DNA of 64,000 nt from Methanomassiliicoccales archaeon (lineage in GTDB: Archaea; Thermoplasmatota; Thermoplasmata; Methanomassiliicoccales; UBA472), in NCBI GenBank assembly GCA_026394375.1, contig JAPKYJ010000015.1, positions 15,265 through 79,264 of the forward strand. The letters run 5' to 3'. The translations under genes and the position numbers were made by a program. Numbering within the stretch: the first letter of the stretch is position 1; each line of letters starts with the position of its first letter. The notes beneath the pieces are model-generated. The model saw nothing but the letters and a program-made list of their open reading frames with translations. It searched no databases and was not told where the DNA came from. Below, in pieces: positions 20,663-30,030 of this stretch.

Positions 20663-21768
20663 CGATCGGGACCCCGGACGGCCATCACCGAATCGTATAA
20701 GCGCAGATACTCCTGCGCTATCGCGCCCCAGGGAGCGATCTTGTTGCTGAAGGGACCGACCTTGGTGGCCTCCCTGCCCTCCAACACATTTTGCACCGTG
20801 TCCGCGACCTTCTCTGGGTCCGGAGGCCAGTCCACGCCCACGCATCCAGGTTCGCTCAGGAACTCCACCAAAGCCTCCTTCTTCGCCACGATGACCGGGG
20901 TACCACAGGACAACGCCTCCGCCACCACCAGTCCGTAGGCCTCCGCCGCGGAGAGAAGGACCAGGGCTGCCGAAGAACGATACTCGCGGTTCAGTTCATC
21001 ATCGTCAACGTCCCCTAGCCAGGTCACGCCCCCATCCACTCCCAGCTGCTGAGCCAGTTCATGCAAAGCCCCCTCTTCGGGCCCGGAGCCGACCACCCGC
21101 AGCCTTACCTCCTTTCCCCGGTCCTTCAGGACCTTCATTGCCCGGAGCACGTGGTCGATGCCCTTGTACATCATCACCCGGCCGACGTAGAGGAGCGTAT
21201 CCTTTCTCCTTTCCACGGCCAGGGAAGGGAATTCCTTGATGCCGCTGGGTATGACCCCCACCTTCCCTTCCAACCCAGGGAAGTCCCTCAGCAGCAGGCC
21301 CCTCTCGTATTCGGAGACGCAGGTGATCTTCTCGCTCCACCTGAGGACGTACTTGCCTGCGAGGTGATATGATCGGAACAGGAGGTTGCGAAGCGGGGTG
21401 TGGCCTTTGCCATGGTAATGCGCGGAGAATATGTATGGCACCCTGCGTCGGTGGCACAGATAGGCCGATTGCGCCGAGAGCAGTATGTGATAGGAATGCA
21501 GATGCACGACGTCGAACGTACCGGGTCTCACCTCCTGAGAAAGGTGGCGCCAGACGTGCCGGTTCAGGCCGCCAAGGAGCTTGGTGTCCACGGGATATCG
21601 GATTACCTCCACGCCGTTAATCATCTCTCTTCCGCGCAGCTCACGGTCCATGGTGACCACTGTGCACCGGTGGCCGCGACGGACGAATTCCTCGCAAAGC
21701 TCCTTGACCGTGGTCTCCACCCCCCCGATGCGCGGGTGGTAGAACTTGGTCACCATGAGGATGCGCAT
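20659..21768 (-). CDS. Family-4 (GT-B, group 1) glycosyltransferase
   Basis: The N-terminus is MRILMVTKFYHPRIGGVE. The C-terminus has EAYGLVVAEALSCGTPVIV, an E-x7-E-like motif. Confidence 0.85.
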   Translation of the reverse strand: MRILMVTKFYHPRIGGVETTVKELCEEFVRRGHRCTVVTMDRELRGREMINGVEVIRYPVDTKLLGGLNRHVWRHLSQEVRPGTFDVVHLHSYHILLSAQSAYLCHRRRVPYIFSAHYHGKGHTPLRNLLFRSYHLAGKYVLRWSEKITCVSEYERGLLLRDFPGLEGKVGVIPSGIKEFPSLAVERRKDTLLYVGRVMMYKGIDHVLRAMKVLKDRGKEVRLRVVGSGPEEGALHELAQQLGVDGGVTWLGDVDDDELNREYRSSAALVLLSAAEAYGLVVAEALSCGTPVIVAKKEALVEFLSEPGCVGVDWPPDPEKVADTVQNVLEGREATKVGPFSNKIAPWGAIAQEYLRLYDSVMAVRGPDR

Positions 21769-21771
21769 CCT

Positions 21772-22992
21772 CTATCCTCCTTTTCGGGCATCGATGAAGG
21801 AGGGTCTCCCCAGCACCAAGCGGGCGGTATCGACCAACATGTAGAGCCCCAAGACGGTGAAAGCCAGTCCCACCACCCATGACCCGGGGAAGTCGATCAC
21901 CGGGACATAGCGCACATTATCCCCGGTGAAAGCCAGAGTGGCCAGGAACGGCAAGTACATCAGGAAGCAACGCAGGCTGATCCTCCAATCCTCCGAGGCC
22001 CATAGCAACAGGAAGGTCACAGGGAGGACGAAGTATCCGATCCAGATCCGTGGATAGAAGATGACGAAGGCCACCAGGACCAGCAGTGTCGCTGGCCAGA
22101 TGTCCATGCCTTTCTTCCTTCCGTACCATAACGCTCCAACATAGGCGATGATGGTGAGCGGCAGCAGCACCATTCCTGGGATGTCCAGACCACCGGTCCG
22201 CAAGAAGTCCCAGACCGATATGCCTCCCGTGGGGTTGACACTCTCCCCTCCATCTCCCGAGCCCAGCAGGTAGTACAACGGGAACTTGAGGAACTCCACC
22301 GGGGCCAGGATCAGGAACGGCAGCGATATGAGCAACGAGATGAGGACAATAGCCCCGATCTGCCATTTCCGCTCCTTCCAGGAACGGGTGCGCAGGAACA
22401 GAACGGGATAGAAGAGCCCGGGGAAGACCTTCGTCCAGACTCCTATGGCGGAGACGACGCTGCTCAGCCTTCCTTTGGCCTGGATGGCGAGCACCGCAGC
22501 GGCGATGAACATGAAGACGATGATCGATTCATCCTGGATGCCAATGGTCGATTCGACCGTGCCGAAGGGAGAGCCGAGGAAGAGCAGGGAGACGACGAAA
22601 GCGCGGAAGTCATCATAGCGTCTTAGACCCCAGTAGAGCGTCAGCGCCGTCAGTATCGTGAACAGGGAGAAGTAGATCTGGTAGGCTAGCTCCGATCCTC
22701 CGGCCATCTGCGGAGGAAGCAAGAGGTAGACGACGAGCGGGGGCGATTCCATCTTGACGTCCCGATAGAGCACCTTTCCATCCAGCACCGCCTGTGTGCG
22801 GTTTCGATAGAATGGCACATCGGAGAGCGGACCGAAGGAATCGGTGAGCGCCTTCCGGAGCCAGAGCTGGTCCAGGGCGATCAATCCTCCCAGGAGAAGA
22901 ACGCCAACTACCAGGACGACCAGCGCCCTCTTGGAGGTAGGGATGGCCCTGAGCCTCTTTTCCGTCCGGTGCAGCCAGCCTCCTCCCTTCAA
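21772..22992 (-). CDS. Polytopic membrane protein, probable GT-C-type glycosyltransferase
   Basis: It has at least 10 TM helices and an early loop motif (YRDVKMESPPLVVYLL). It sits inside the glycosylation cluster. The start is TTG and uncertain. Confidence 0.5.
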   Translation of the reverse strand: MKGGGWLHRTEKRLRAIPTSKRALVVLVVGVLLLGGLIALDQLWLRKALTDSFGPLSDVPFYRNRTQAVLDGKVLYRDVKMESPPLVVYLLLPPQMAGGSELAYQIYFSLFTILTALTLYWGLRRYDDFRAFVVSLLFLGSPFGTVESTIGIQDESIIVFMFIAAAVLAIQAKGRLSSVVSAIGVWTKVFPGLFYPVLFLRTRSWKERKWQIGAIVLISLLISLPFLILAPVEFLKFPLYYLLGSGDGGESVNPTGGISVWDFLRTGGLDIPGMVLLPLTIIAYVGALWYGRKKGMDIWPATLLVLVAFVIFYPRIWIGYFVLPVTFLLLWASEDWRISLRCFLMYLPFLATLAFTGDNVRYVPVIDFPGSWVVGLAFTVLGLYMLVDTARLVLGRPSFIDARKGG

Positions 22993-23133
22993 AGGAATCT
23001 GCCGGGAGTTGTGCTAGGGATTATTTCAATCTTTGCGCTGCAGGGCTAGGGAACGGACCGGGATGCTGAAGGAGGATCGTTCCGAGGGAAAAGGAAAAAG
23101 GGAGGGGGAGGGTGGAGCCTGGGGGATATGGCT

Positions 23134-24447
23134 CTAACCCTTCCTGCGGACGAGCACCAATGCGGCCACTGCGATCACCGCAAGTGCCCCTCCCACCGCC
23201 ATTATGCCTGCCAATCCGGCCACTTGGTCCAATGGCAGGGCGCTCTCGATGATGATCTCGTGGGTGGAGAAGCTCGGCACGTACACCATGACCTGGGCCA
23301 CGTCGCCAGAGGAGACGATGCAGTACACCGCATCGCCGGCCGCGGAACCGTTCGCCTCCAGCACCTCCAGCGGGTTGGAGGTCTGCCTGATCGCTGAGCC
23401 GTCCAACCTCACCGTCGGAGTGCCCTTGATCACGTCCAGGGTGTCCCGGTCCAGGTTCACCAGTATGACCTTGCCCTGGTGCTCATCGGAGGACACCTGA
23501 AGCTGAATGCGGTTGCGCTCCGCTTTGATCACCTGCAGGCTCAGGGCGTGGTCATACTCCATCGTCTCGTACAAGGCGTTTCCCTGATACACCATGAGCG
23601 ACATCTCCGCTCCCAGGCGGTGCCGTTCCAGCGCCCGCTCCAGGGCATCCTCGTGCATCCAGTGGTGACGCACTAGCAGCGGCTTGGATCGGAACATCAG
23701 GTGGTCATCCGCAAGCTGCGCCTTGACCACATAGTCAAGGGGCGTCCCGGTGACGTTGAGCGAGGTATGGTCCGTGCCTATGAGCGCATGCACGCCTTTC
23801 CCATGGACCAGAAGGGCGTGGTCTAGAACCTCAGCTGAGTCGTATGGCAAAGGAATGGAGGTGACGTTCAAACCCGAAGCCAGGTCCATCGTGACCTGGA
23901 CCGTCCCGTTGGCGACCACGTGGAACATGGCCGTGGGGTTATCATGGATGATGATGATCACGGACGCATTGCGGATCAACATGACCGAACCATAGGTGGA
24001 GATGTTGGTGGGAATGAACCCATCCACGCTCAGGGAATCGAAGACGTTCACCAGGACGCTGTTCCGCTTCATCTGATAGTGGGTGATGACGCCGGTGCTC
24101 TCGTTCAAGTGGAAGGCGATGAAACGTCCCTCGGCGACGCCGTCGGAGTAGTTCGGTCGGCCGAAGAATCCCATCTTCAACCCGTTGTCCATCATGAACT
24201 GCATGGTCTCCTGCATCTGCTGGGCGTTCTGATGGCCTCCGCCATTCATGTATCCGGACTGGTCCTTCCACATGCCGTTGCCTGGGCCGCCCATGCCCCC
24301 TGCACCGGCTTGAATGCTATTGCCCGGAGCTGACTGGCCTTGCATCATGCCTCCGCCAGCAAGGACGGAGGTGGAGAGGAGGGATAGGACGCTGAGGGCC
24401 AGCAGCGCGGGCAGGATCATCTTGAAGGCTCGTGCTCCCGTTCTCAT
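23134..24447 (-). CDS. Secreted, C-terminally anchored surface (glyco)protein candidate
   Basis: It has an N-terminal signal (ILPALLALSVLSLLSTSVLAGG), a Gly/Met/Gln-rich spacer, eight N-x-S/T sequons, and a C-terminal TM plus basic tail (AVGGALAVIAVAALVLVRRKG). Confidence 0.55.
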   Translation of the reverse strand: MRTGARAFKMILPALLALSVLSLLSTSVLAGGGMMQGQSAPGNSIQAGAGGMGGPGNGMWKDQSGYMNGGGHQNAQQMQETMQFMMDNGLKMGFFGRPNYSDGVAEGRFIAFHLNESTGVITHYQMKRNSVLVNVFDSLSVDGFIPTNISTYGSVMLIRNASVIIIIHDNPTAMFHVVANGTVQVTMDLASGLNVTSIPLPYDSAEVLDHALLVHGKGVHALIGTDHTSLNVTGTPLDYVVKAQLADDHLMFRSKPLLVRHHWMHEDALERALERHRLGAEMSLMVYQGNALYETMEYDHALSLQVIKAERNRIQLQVSSDEHQGKVILVNLDRDTLDVIKGTPTVRLDGSAIRQTSNPLEVLEANGSAAGDAVYCIVSSGDVAQVMVYVPSFSTHEIIIESALPLDQVAGLAGIMAVGGALAVIAVAALVLVRRKG

Positions 24448-24605
24448 ATTTGCTGCGAGTACGTGGCGACATTAAGTGGTTTATGGTGCAAGTCTCGAAC
24501 CGACTGGTACGAGCTTCGAACTTTGTGTTTGGCCGATCCGGGGAGAAAGGCAGGTCGGGCGGATTTGCAGAAAGTATTTAGGCGAGCGGGGAGGTCTGAA
24601 AGGGC

Positions 24606-24875
24606 GTGACACTCACACCTTTGGACCTGTTCCTCAGGTCATGTTTCGCAGGCTTCTCGATTCTGTTATTCGCTGTGTCCCTGGTCGCTTGGCGCCGGCA
24701 TCGGGAAGCGAGGTTGGCGATCGTCTCCCTGGCCTTCGGGGTCTTCGGCGTTGTCTCTCTGGGTGTGCTATCCTCCACCTTCATGGAATGGCATGACCTA
24801 GAGATGTCCCCGATACTGGTCGTCCTGAACCTGGCGATATTGGTGGCTCTCTACATCGCTTTGTTGAAGAGATGA
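24606..24875 (+). CDS. Small membrane protein (3 TM)
   Basis: It is a hydrophobic 89-aa product with a GTG start. It lies directly upstream of a wHTH regulator. Confidence 0.4.
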   Translation: MTLTPLDLFLRSCFAGFSILLFAVSLVAWRRHREARLAIVSLAFGVFGVVSLGVLSSTFMEWHDLEMSPILVVLNLAILVALYIALLKR

Positions 24876-24881
24876 GAGCGC

Positions 24882-25409
24882 ATGGACGAGGCCCTCAACC
24901 TAGAGAACCGAAGGAAGATCTACCAGTTCGTGGCCAAGCATCCCGGGACCCACGTGCGTGAGATGGAACGTGGACTAGGGATGCAGACCGGGCTGCTCGC
25001 CTATCACCTGGACTACATGGAGAAGCGACAGGTGCTGAGGGTGGAGGAGGATGGATACTACAAGTGCTACTTCCCAGCGGACCGCTTCCACCTCAAGGAC
25101 CGACGGACCATGTCGGTGCTGAGACAGAAAATGCCGAGAAAGATCATCATGCATCTCATTCTGAACGGTCCCTCAAGTTTCCAGCAGCTGAAGGCCGCCA
25201 TGGGTATCTCCAAGTCCACCCTTTCCTATCATCTCAAGCGCCTGAGCGCCCGGGGCATGATCGTCGTATCCAAGCGGGAGAAGGAATCGATCTACTCGGT
25301 GGAGGACCTCAGCTATGTGGCCGATCTCTTGGTCTCGTTGAGGGAGAGCCTGGAAAGCGACGCCGTCGATCGTTTCGCGGACATCTGGGGTAAGCTCGGA
25401 AGCGCCTAG
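24882..25409 (+). CDS. ArsR/winged-helix family transcriptional regulator (two wHTH-like units)
   Basis: It has RRKIYQFVAKHPGTHVREMERGLGMQTGLLAYHLDYMEKRQVL and a second unit, PSSFQQLKAAMGISKSTLSYHLKRLSARGMI. Confidence 0.65.
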   Translation: MDEALNLENRRKIYQFVAKHPGTHVREMERGLGMQTGLLAYHLDYMEKRQVLRVEEDGYYKCYFPADRFHLKDRRTMSVLRQKMPRKIIMHLILNGPSSFQQLKAAMGISKSTLSYHLKRLSARGMIVVSKREKESIYSVEDLSYVADLLVSLRESLESDAVDRFADIWGKLGSA

Positions 25410-25511
25410 TCAAATGCTAGCTGGGAACAAGCTTATAATCCGCGGCACGCATCTTGGTTACCCAAGGGATTCCACGGAGGGGAGGAATTGCTCGACAGCA
25501 AGAAAGGTTCC

Positions 25512-26294
25512 ATGAAAATAATCGGGGTCATCCTTGTCGCGGCGCTCTTGTCCACCTGCTTTATTGGTTGCTTGGGTGCAGAGAAAAGCGCGATCGACAA
25601 GATCAAGAGCAGGGGAACGCTGATCATCGGCACCTCGAGCGGCTTCGTGCCGTTCGAGATGTTCAACGCCTCATCGGGGCAGATCGAAGGATTCGACATC
25701 GACATCGGGATGAAGATCGCCAACCGATTGAACGTTGGGATTACGATCAGAGATTTGGGCTTCAACGCGCTGGTGGGGAGCGTGATCGTGGGCACGGTGG
25801 ACGTGGTCATCGCCGGCATGACGATCACTCCGGAGCGCAGCCAGTCCATATCCTTCTCCGACCCCTACTACGGGCCGGCAGACCAGGCGATACTGGTCAA
25901 ATCCTCATCGAGCATCGCCTCGGTGGAGGGCCTCTACGGCAAGAAGATAGCGGTCAACCTGGCGACCACAGGTGACTTCTGGGTGGACGCAGAACTGGTG
26001 GCAGCCGGTCACGTCAGTGCTAGCGACGTCAAGCGCTTCCCGTACGCCTACACGGCGATACAGGACCTTCTGTCCGGGGGAGTGGATGCGGTCATCATCG
26101 ACAAGCCCACGGCGGACAAGTACGTCTCCCTGAACGCAGGAGCGCTGAAGGACAGCTTCACCATCGTCACCAACGAGTACTATGGAGTGGCCGTGCGCAA
26201 GTCCGCCGGCGACCTGAAGGACTTCATCAACGTGGTCCTCGCGGATCTCGTGCACTCCGGCGAGATGCAGCAGCTCATGGACAAGTGGTTCTGA
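25512..26294 (+). CDS. Polar amino-acid ABC transporter substrate-binding protein
   Basis: It has the signal/anchor MKIIGVILVAALLSTCFIGC and type-3 SBP motifs (GTLIIGTSSGFVPFE, GFDIDI, DVVIAGMTITPER). Confidence 0.85.
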   Translation: MKIIGVILVAALLSTCFIGCLGAEKSAIDKIKSRGTLIIGTSSGFVPFEMFNASSGQIEGFDIDIGMKIANRLNVGITIRDLGFNALVGSVIVGTVDVVIAGMTITPERSQSISFSDPYYGPADQAILVKSSSSIASVEGLYGKKIAVNLATTGDFWVDAELVAAGHVSASDVKRFPYAYTAIQDLLSGGVDAVIIDKPTADKYVSLNAGALKDSFTIVTNEYYGVAVRKSAGDLKDFINVVLADLVHSGEMQQLMDKWF

Positions 26295-26348
26295 GTTCGC
26301 TCCAAAACCCCTTTATCCAATCCTTTTCTTATCCCGCAGCAGAGGTAA

Positions 26349-27062
26349 GTGCAAATGGATGTGTGGTCGGTCCCTCAGGCCATAGGCGACACCAGCTCGC
26401 AGTTCAACATCCTGGAGCACGTTGGGCTGTTCCTCAACCCAGTGATCATGACCGTTCTGATCTCAGCTTGCGCCATAATCCTAGGCTTCGGGTTGGGGAT
26501 CGTTGGCGGCCTAGCCCGGGTGTCCAGGTTCAGGTTGGTGCGCTATCCGGCCACGGCCTATGTTGACGTGGTGCGAGGAACTCCACTGTTGGTACAGCTC
26601 TTCTTGTGGTATTTCGGCTTGACATTAGGCTTGGGCGTCGCCATGGACCCGCTCGTGGCTTCCATCATCGCCGTGGGCGTCCATTCTGGAGCATATCAAT
26701 CGGAGATCGTTCGCGGAGGGGTGAATTCCATTCCGAAGGGACAAGAGGAAGCGGCCCGAGCGACCGGCATGACACACCTCCAGGCCATGCGTTTCGTGAT
26801 CCTCCCCCAGGCCCTGCGCCTCATCCTGCCTCCGCTGACCAACGAGTTCGTCATCGTCATCAAGGACTCCTCTCTCGCCTCAGTCATAGCGGTGGTGGAG
26901 ATCACCGCCATGGCCGGGCAGCTCAACGGCACCTACTTCCAGCCCTTTGAGATCTTCATCTTCGCCGCCTTCTTGTATCTCTGTCTGACCTATGCCACGA
27001 GCTTCATGATGCGCGCCTTGGAGCGCAAGTATCACATCCCCGGGTACGGTGACCGCCGATGA
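26349..27062 (+). CDS. Polar amino-acid ABC transporter permease
   Basis: It has the HisM/GlnP-like EAA loop ([36 protein letters not shown]). Confidence 0.85.
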   Translation: MQMDVWSVPQAIGDTSSQFNILEHVGLFLNPVIMTVLISACAIILGFGLGIVGGLARVSRFRLVRYPATAYVDVVRGTPLLVQLFLWYFGLTLGLGVAMDPLVASIIAVGVHSGAYQSEIVRGGVNSIPKGQEEAARATGMTHLQAMRFVILPQALRLILPPLTNEFVIVIKDSSLASVIAVVEITAMAGQLNGTYFQPFEIFIFAAFLYLCLTYATSFMMRALERKYHIPGYGDRR

Positions 27063-28057
27063 ACGAAGTGCTCTTGGAGACCAGGGAGCTGAAGAAGGAG
27101 TTCCGGGTGCCTTCCAAGACGGAAGGAAGATTCAGGCGTCTCTTCACCCGCAAGAGGTATGGCGTTCTGCAGGTGCTGAAAGGCGTCAACGTGCAGATCC
27201 ACAAGGGTGAGGTGGTGGTGGTCATCGGACCGAGCGGAGGAGGGAAGAGCACCTTCCTGCGCTGCCTCAACCGTCTCACCGAGCCGACCAGTGGCGATGT
27301 ATATTTCGAAGGCGTGCGTGTAACCGACCCCGTGAGCCAGGAGCTCGAAAGGGCGCGGGTGGAGAAGAACCGTTGGGAGGCGTTCCTCGAGGCGCGCCGG
27401 ATCCGGGCAAAGGCCAGGAAGGAAGCGAGGAAGGACCACCCCGATGCCAGGTCAGATAGGCAACCCCGCGGTCAAGCGGAGGCCCACATCAACCTGGTTC
27501 GAAGCGAAGTGGGCATGGTTTTCCAGAGCTTCAACCTCTTCATGCACCTCACCGCCAAAAAGAACATCACCCTGGCCTTGACGAAGGTAAGAAAGATGAG
27601 CGATTCGGAGGCAGGGAGGAAGGCCATGGACACGCTGAGAATGGTCGGGCTGGAGGAGAAGGCCGACTCCTATCCTGGGCAGCTCTCCGGCGGACAGCAG
27701 CAGCGCGTGGCCATAGCCCGAGCATTGGCCATGGACCCCAAGGTCATGCTCTTCGACGAGCCGACATCTGCCCTGGACCCGGAGCTCATAGGCGAGGTGC
27801 TGGACGTGATGAAGCGGCTGGCGAACAGCGGCATGACCATGATCATCGTCACGCACGAGATGGGCTTCGCCCGGGAGGTGGCGGACCGGGTCCTCTTCAT
27901 AGACCAAGGCGTGATCGCGGAGGAGGGCACCCCAGAGGAGTTCTTCAGCAACCCGAGGAACGAGCGCACCAGGCAGTTCCTGCATCGGCTGTTCGCCGAG
28001 CAGAGGGCGGAGGTGCCGGACATCCAGCCAGTGGGGACTGGCCGTGCCACGCCTTGA
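27059..28057 (+). CDS. Polar amino-acid ABC transporter ATP-binding protein with an atypical charged insertion
   Basis: It has Walker [10 protein letters not shown], the Q-loop [10 protein letters not shown], signature [14 protein letters not shown] and Walker [12 protein letters not shown]. At 332 aa it is longer than the roughly 240 aa typical of GlnQ-type subunits. Confidence 0.85.
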   Translation: MNEVLLETRELKKEFRVPSKTEGRFRRLFTRKRYGVLQVLKGVNVQIHKGEVVVVIGPSGGGKSTFLRCLNRLTEPTSGDVYFEGVRVTDPVSQELERARVEKNRWEAFLEARRIRAKARKEARKDHPDARSDRQPRGQAEAHINLVRSEVGMVFQSFNLFMHLTAKKNITLALTKVRKMSDSEAGRKAMDTLRMVGLEEKADSYPGQLSGGQQQRVAIARALAMDPKVMLFDEPTSALDPELIGEVLDVMKRLANSGMTMIIVTHEMGFAREVADRVLFIDQGVIAEEGTPEEFFSNPRNERTRQFLHRLFAEQRAEVPDIQPVGTGRATP

Positions 28058-28368
28058 CAATGTATATATATGGTGGTCGGGATACACACCCTCCATGTCT
28101 AGCCCTGCGGCTTGGGGCATCGTCCTTTCTGGCGCGGTCAGCTTGCAGGTTTTGGTCATCTGAGCAGGGGACGCTCTCTTGAGTAGTCCCCGCGGATCGT
28201 TGTGAGGTGTGTGGGTGAGGGGCTCTTGCTTCGTTTCGTGGTCGGGCGCGGGTCGCGCAGACGATGGCGAGCGGACGAGCTTCTTCCTCACGACATCCAA
28301 GCTCGGAAGGCCTCGGCTGGATTCGTATCGCTCTTGGGGGAGCGGACAAAGGCACAGGGAGTGAGAGA

Positions 28369-28731
28369 ATGGAAGTCATCTCGATGGTCGTCAACGACGA
28401 GTTCGGTGTCATGCAGAGAGTGATGGGCATATTCACGAGGAAGCGCATCAACGTAGATACCATCGTCGTGGGCAGATGCGAGATCGCTGGCAAGTCGAGG
28501 GTCGTTCTCAGCGTGAAGGACATGGTGCAGGCGGACATCGCCGTGGCGGACCTCAAGCGCCTACATGACGTCGTCCACATAGAGACGCTGGACAACACCC
28601 GGCGCGAGGCCTACGCGCTCGCATCCAATGGAGCGGGAAAGGCCAGGCTCATCGGCAGTCTGGAGGAAGTGGACAAGCTGTTGGACGCCAGCAAACCGGA
28701 GTCCTTCATCCGCGCGGTGAATGCTCTCTAG
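28369..28731 (+). CDS. ACT-domain protein (acetolactate synthase small-subunit-like)
   Basis: MEVISMVVNDEFGVMQRVMGIFTRKRINVDTIVVG resembles the IlvN/IlvH N-terminal ACT domain. The internal ATG at 28369 was chosen. Confidence 0.55.
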   Translation: MEVISMVVNDEFGVMQRVMGIFTRKRINVDTIVVGRCEIAGKSRVVLSVKDMVQADIAVADLKRLHDVVHIETLDNTRREAYALASNGAGKARLIGSLEEVDKLLDASKPESFIRAVNAL

Positions 28732-29707
28732 TGTCACGCCAGCTATTTATCGGGGGAATTGCTCAATACTCATCAGCGGAGGGAAGAACACGGCACCGGT
28801 TCAAAAGGTCTGGATGGACGGAAGGTTGGTGGACTACGACCAGGCGAACGTGCACATCATGACGCACTGCATGCACTATGGCGGGGGCGTCTTCGAAGGC
28901 ATCCGCATCTATGAGACAGGGAAGGGACGGGCCATCTTCCGCTTGCGCGAGCACATGGCGCGCTTCCTGGCCTCGGCCAAGGTCATCTCGCTCAAGATAC
29001 CCTATAGCTTGGACGAGCTGTGCCAGGCCGTGAAGGATACGGCCAAAGCGAATGCGGGCGTGCAGGTGGATTACATCCGTCCGCTCGCCTACTACGGCAC
29101 CGGCACCTACGGCCTGAACCCGGCCAAGCTGCCTACCAACGTGGCCATAGCGGTGGTCTACATGGGCGTCTACCTGGGCGAGGAGCAGATGCAGAAAGGT
29201 GCCAGACTCATAACCTCTTCCTGGGAGAAGCCGTCGAACCGAGCCGCCGCCCTGAACGCCAAGATATGCGGCAACTACATCAATTCCGTCATGGCCAGGC
29301 TGGAGGCGGTGAACAAAGGGGCCGATGAGGCGCTCATGCTCAACTCGGAGGGCAACGTGGCGGAGGGCACGGGCGAGAACATCTTCATGGTCCGCGGAGG
29401 AAAGCTGTTCACGCCCCCTCTATCTTCCGGCATACTGGAGGGCATCACCCGGGACTCGATCATGCAGATAGCGACGGACATGGACATGCCTGTCACCGAG
29501 AGAGAGATCACCCGGTCCGAGCTGTACGTGGCGGACGAGGTCTTCATGACCGGGACGGCGGCGGAAGTGCAGGCGATCCACTCCATCGACAGCCAGGTCA
29601 TCGGGGCGGGAAGGCCTGGCCCAGTGACACTGAAGCTGCAGAAGGCCTTCCGCGAAGCGGCCCGAGGCAAGAACCAGCACTACATGCACTGGCTAGACCT
29701 CGTTTGA
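28721..29707 (+). CDS. ilvE: Branched-chain amino-acid aminotransferase
   Basis: It has KVWMDGRLVDYDQANVHIMTHCMHYGGGVFEGIR, ...EGTGENIF... and ...TGTAAEV. The start is uncertain: ATG 28721 or a later codon. Confidence 0.9.
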   Translation: MLSSVTPAIYRGNCSILISGGKNTAPVQKVWMDGRLVDYDQANVHIMTHCMHYGGGVFEGIRIYETGKGRAIFRLREHMARFLASAKVISLKIPYSLDELCQAVKDTAKANAGVQVDYIRPLAYYGTGTYGLNPAKLPTNVAIAVVYMGVYLGEEQMQKGARLITSSWEKPSNRAAALNAKICGNYINSVMARLEAVNKGADEALMLNSEGNVAEGTGENIFMVRGGKLFTPPLSSGILEGITRDSIMQIATDMDMPVTEREITRSELYVADEVFMTGTAAEVQAIHSIDSQVIGAGRPGPVTLKLQKAFREAARGKNQHYMHWLDLV

Positions 29708-29744
29708 TGAACGAAGGGGGAATCCGACGTACTCCTACCGGAAG

Positions 29745-29987
29745 ATGAGCCAGCTCACCGGCAACGGCACCTATTCCTACGTCTACGACGGCAACGGCAA
29801 CGTCGTCCGGAAGACCGGGGGCAGCGTCCAGATCAGGTACACCTACAACTCCTTCGACCAGCCGACCCTGGTGGACAAGTATGCCAATGGGGTTTACTCG
29901 AATCTGGGACGCTACTACTACGACGCGAACGGCGCCAGGGCGAAGACCGACGAGTCGGGAACGATCGTCATTGCAGGTGTTAAATAG
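29745..29987 (+). pseudogene. Orphan YD/RHS-repeat fragment (80 codons)
   Basis: It has YD-repeat-like units (YSYVYDGNGNVVRK, YTYNSFDQP, RYYYDANGARA). It is far too short for an RHS/teneurin-type protein and has no signal or toxin domain. Confidence 0.5.
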
Positions 29988-30030
29988 CCTGGTACACCAA
30001 TAGGCGGAATAGTCGTGCTGGAGGCAAACG

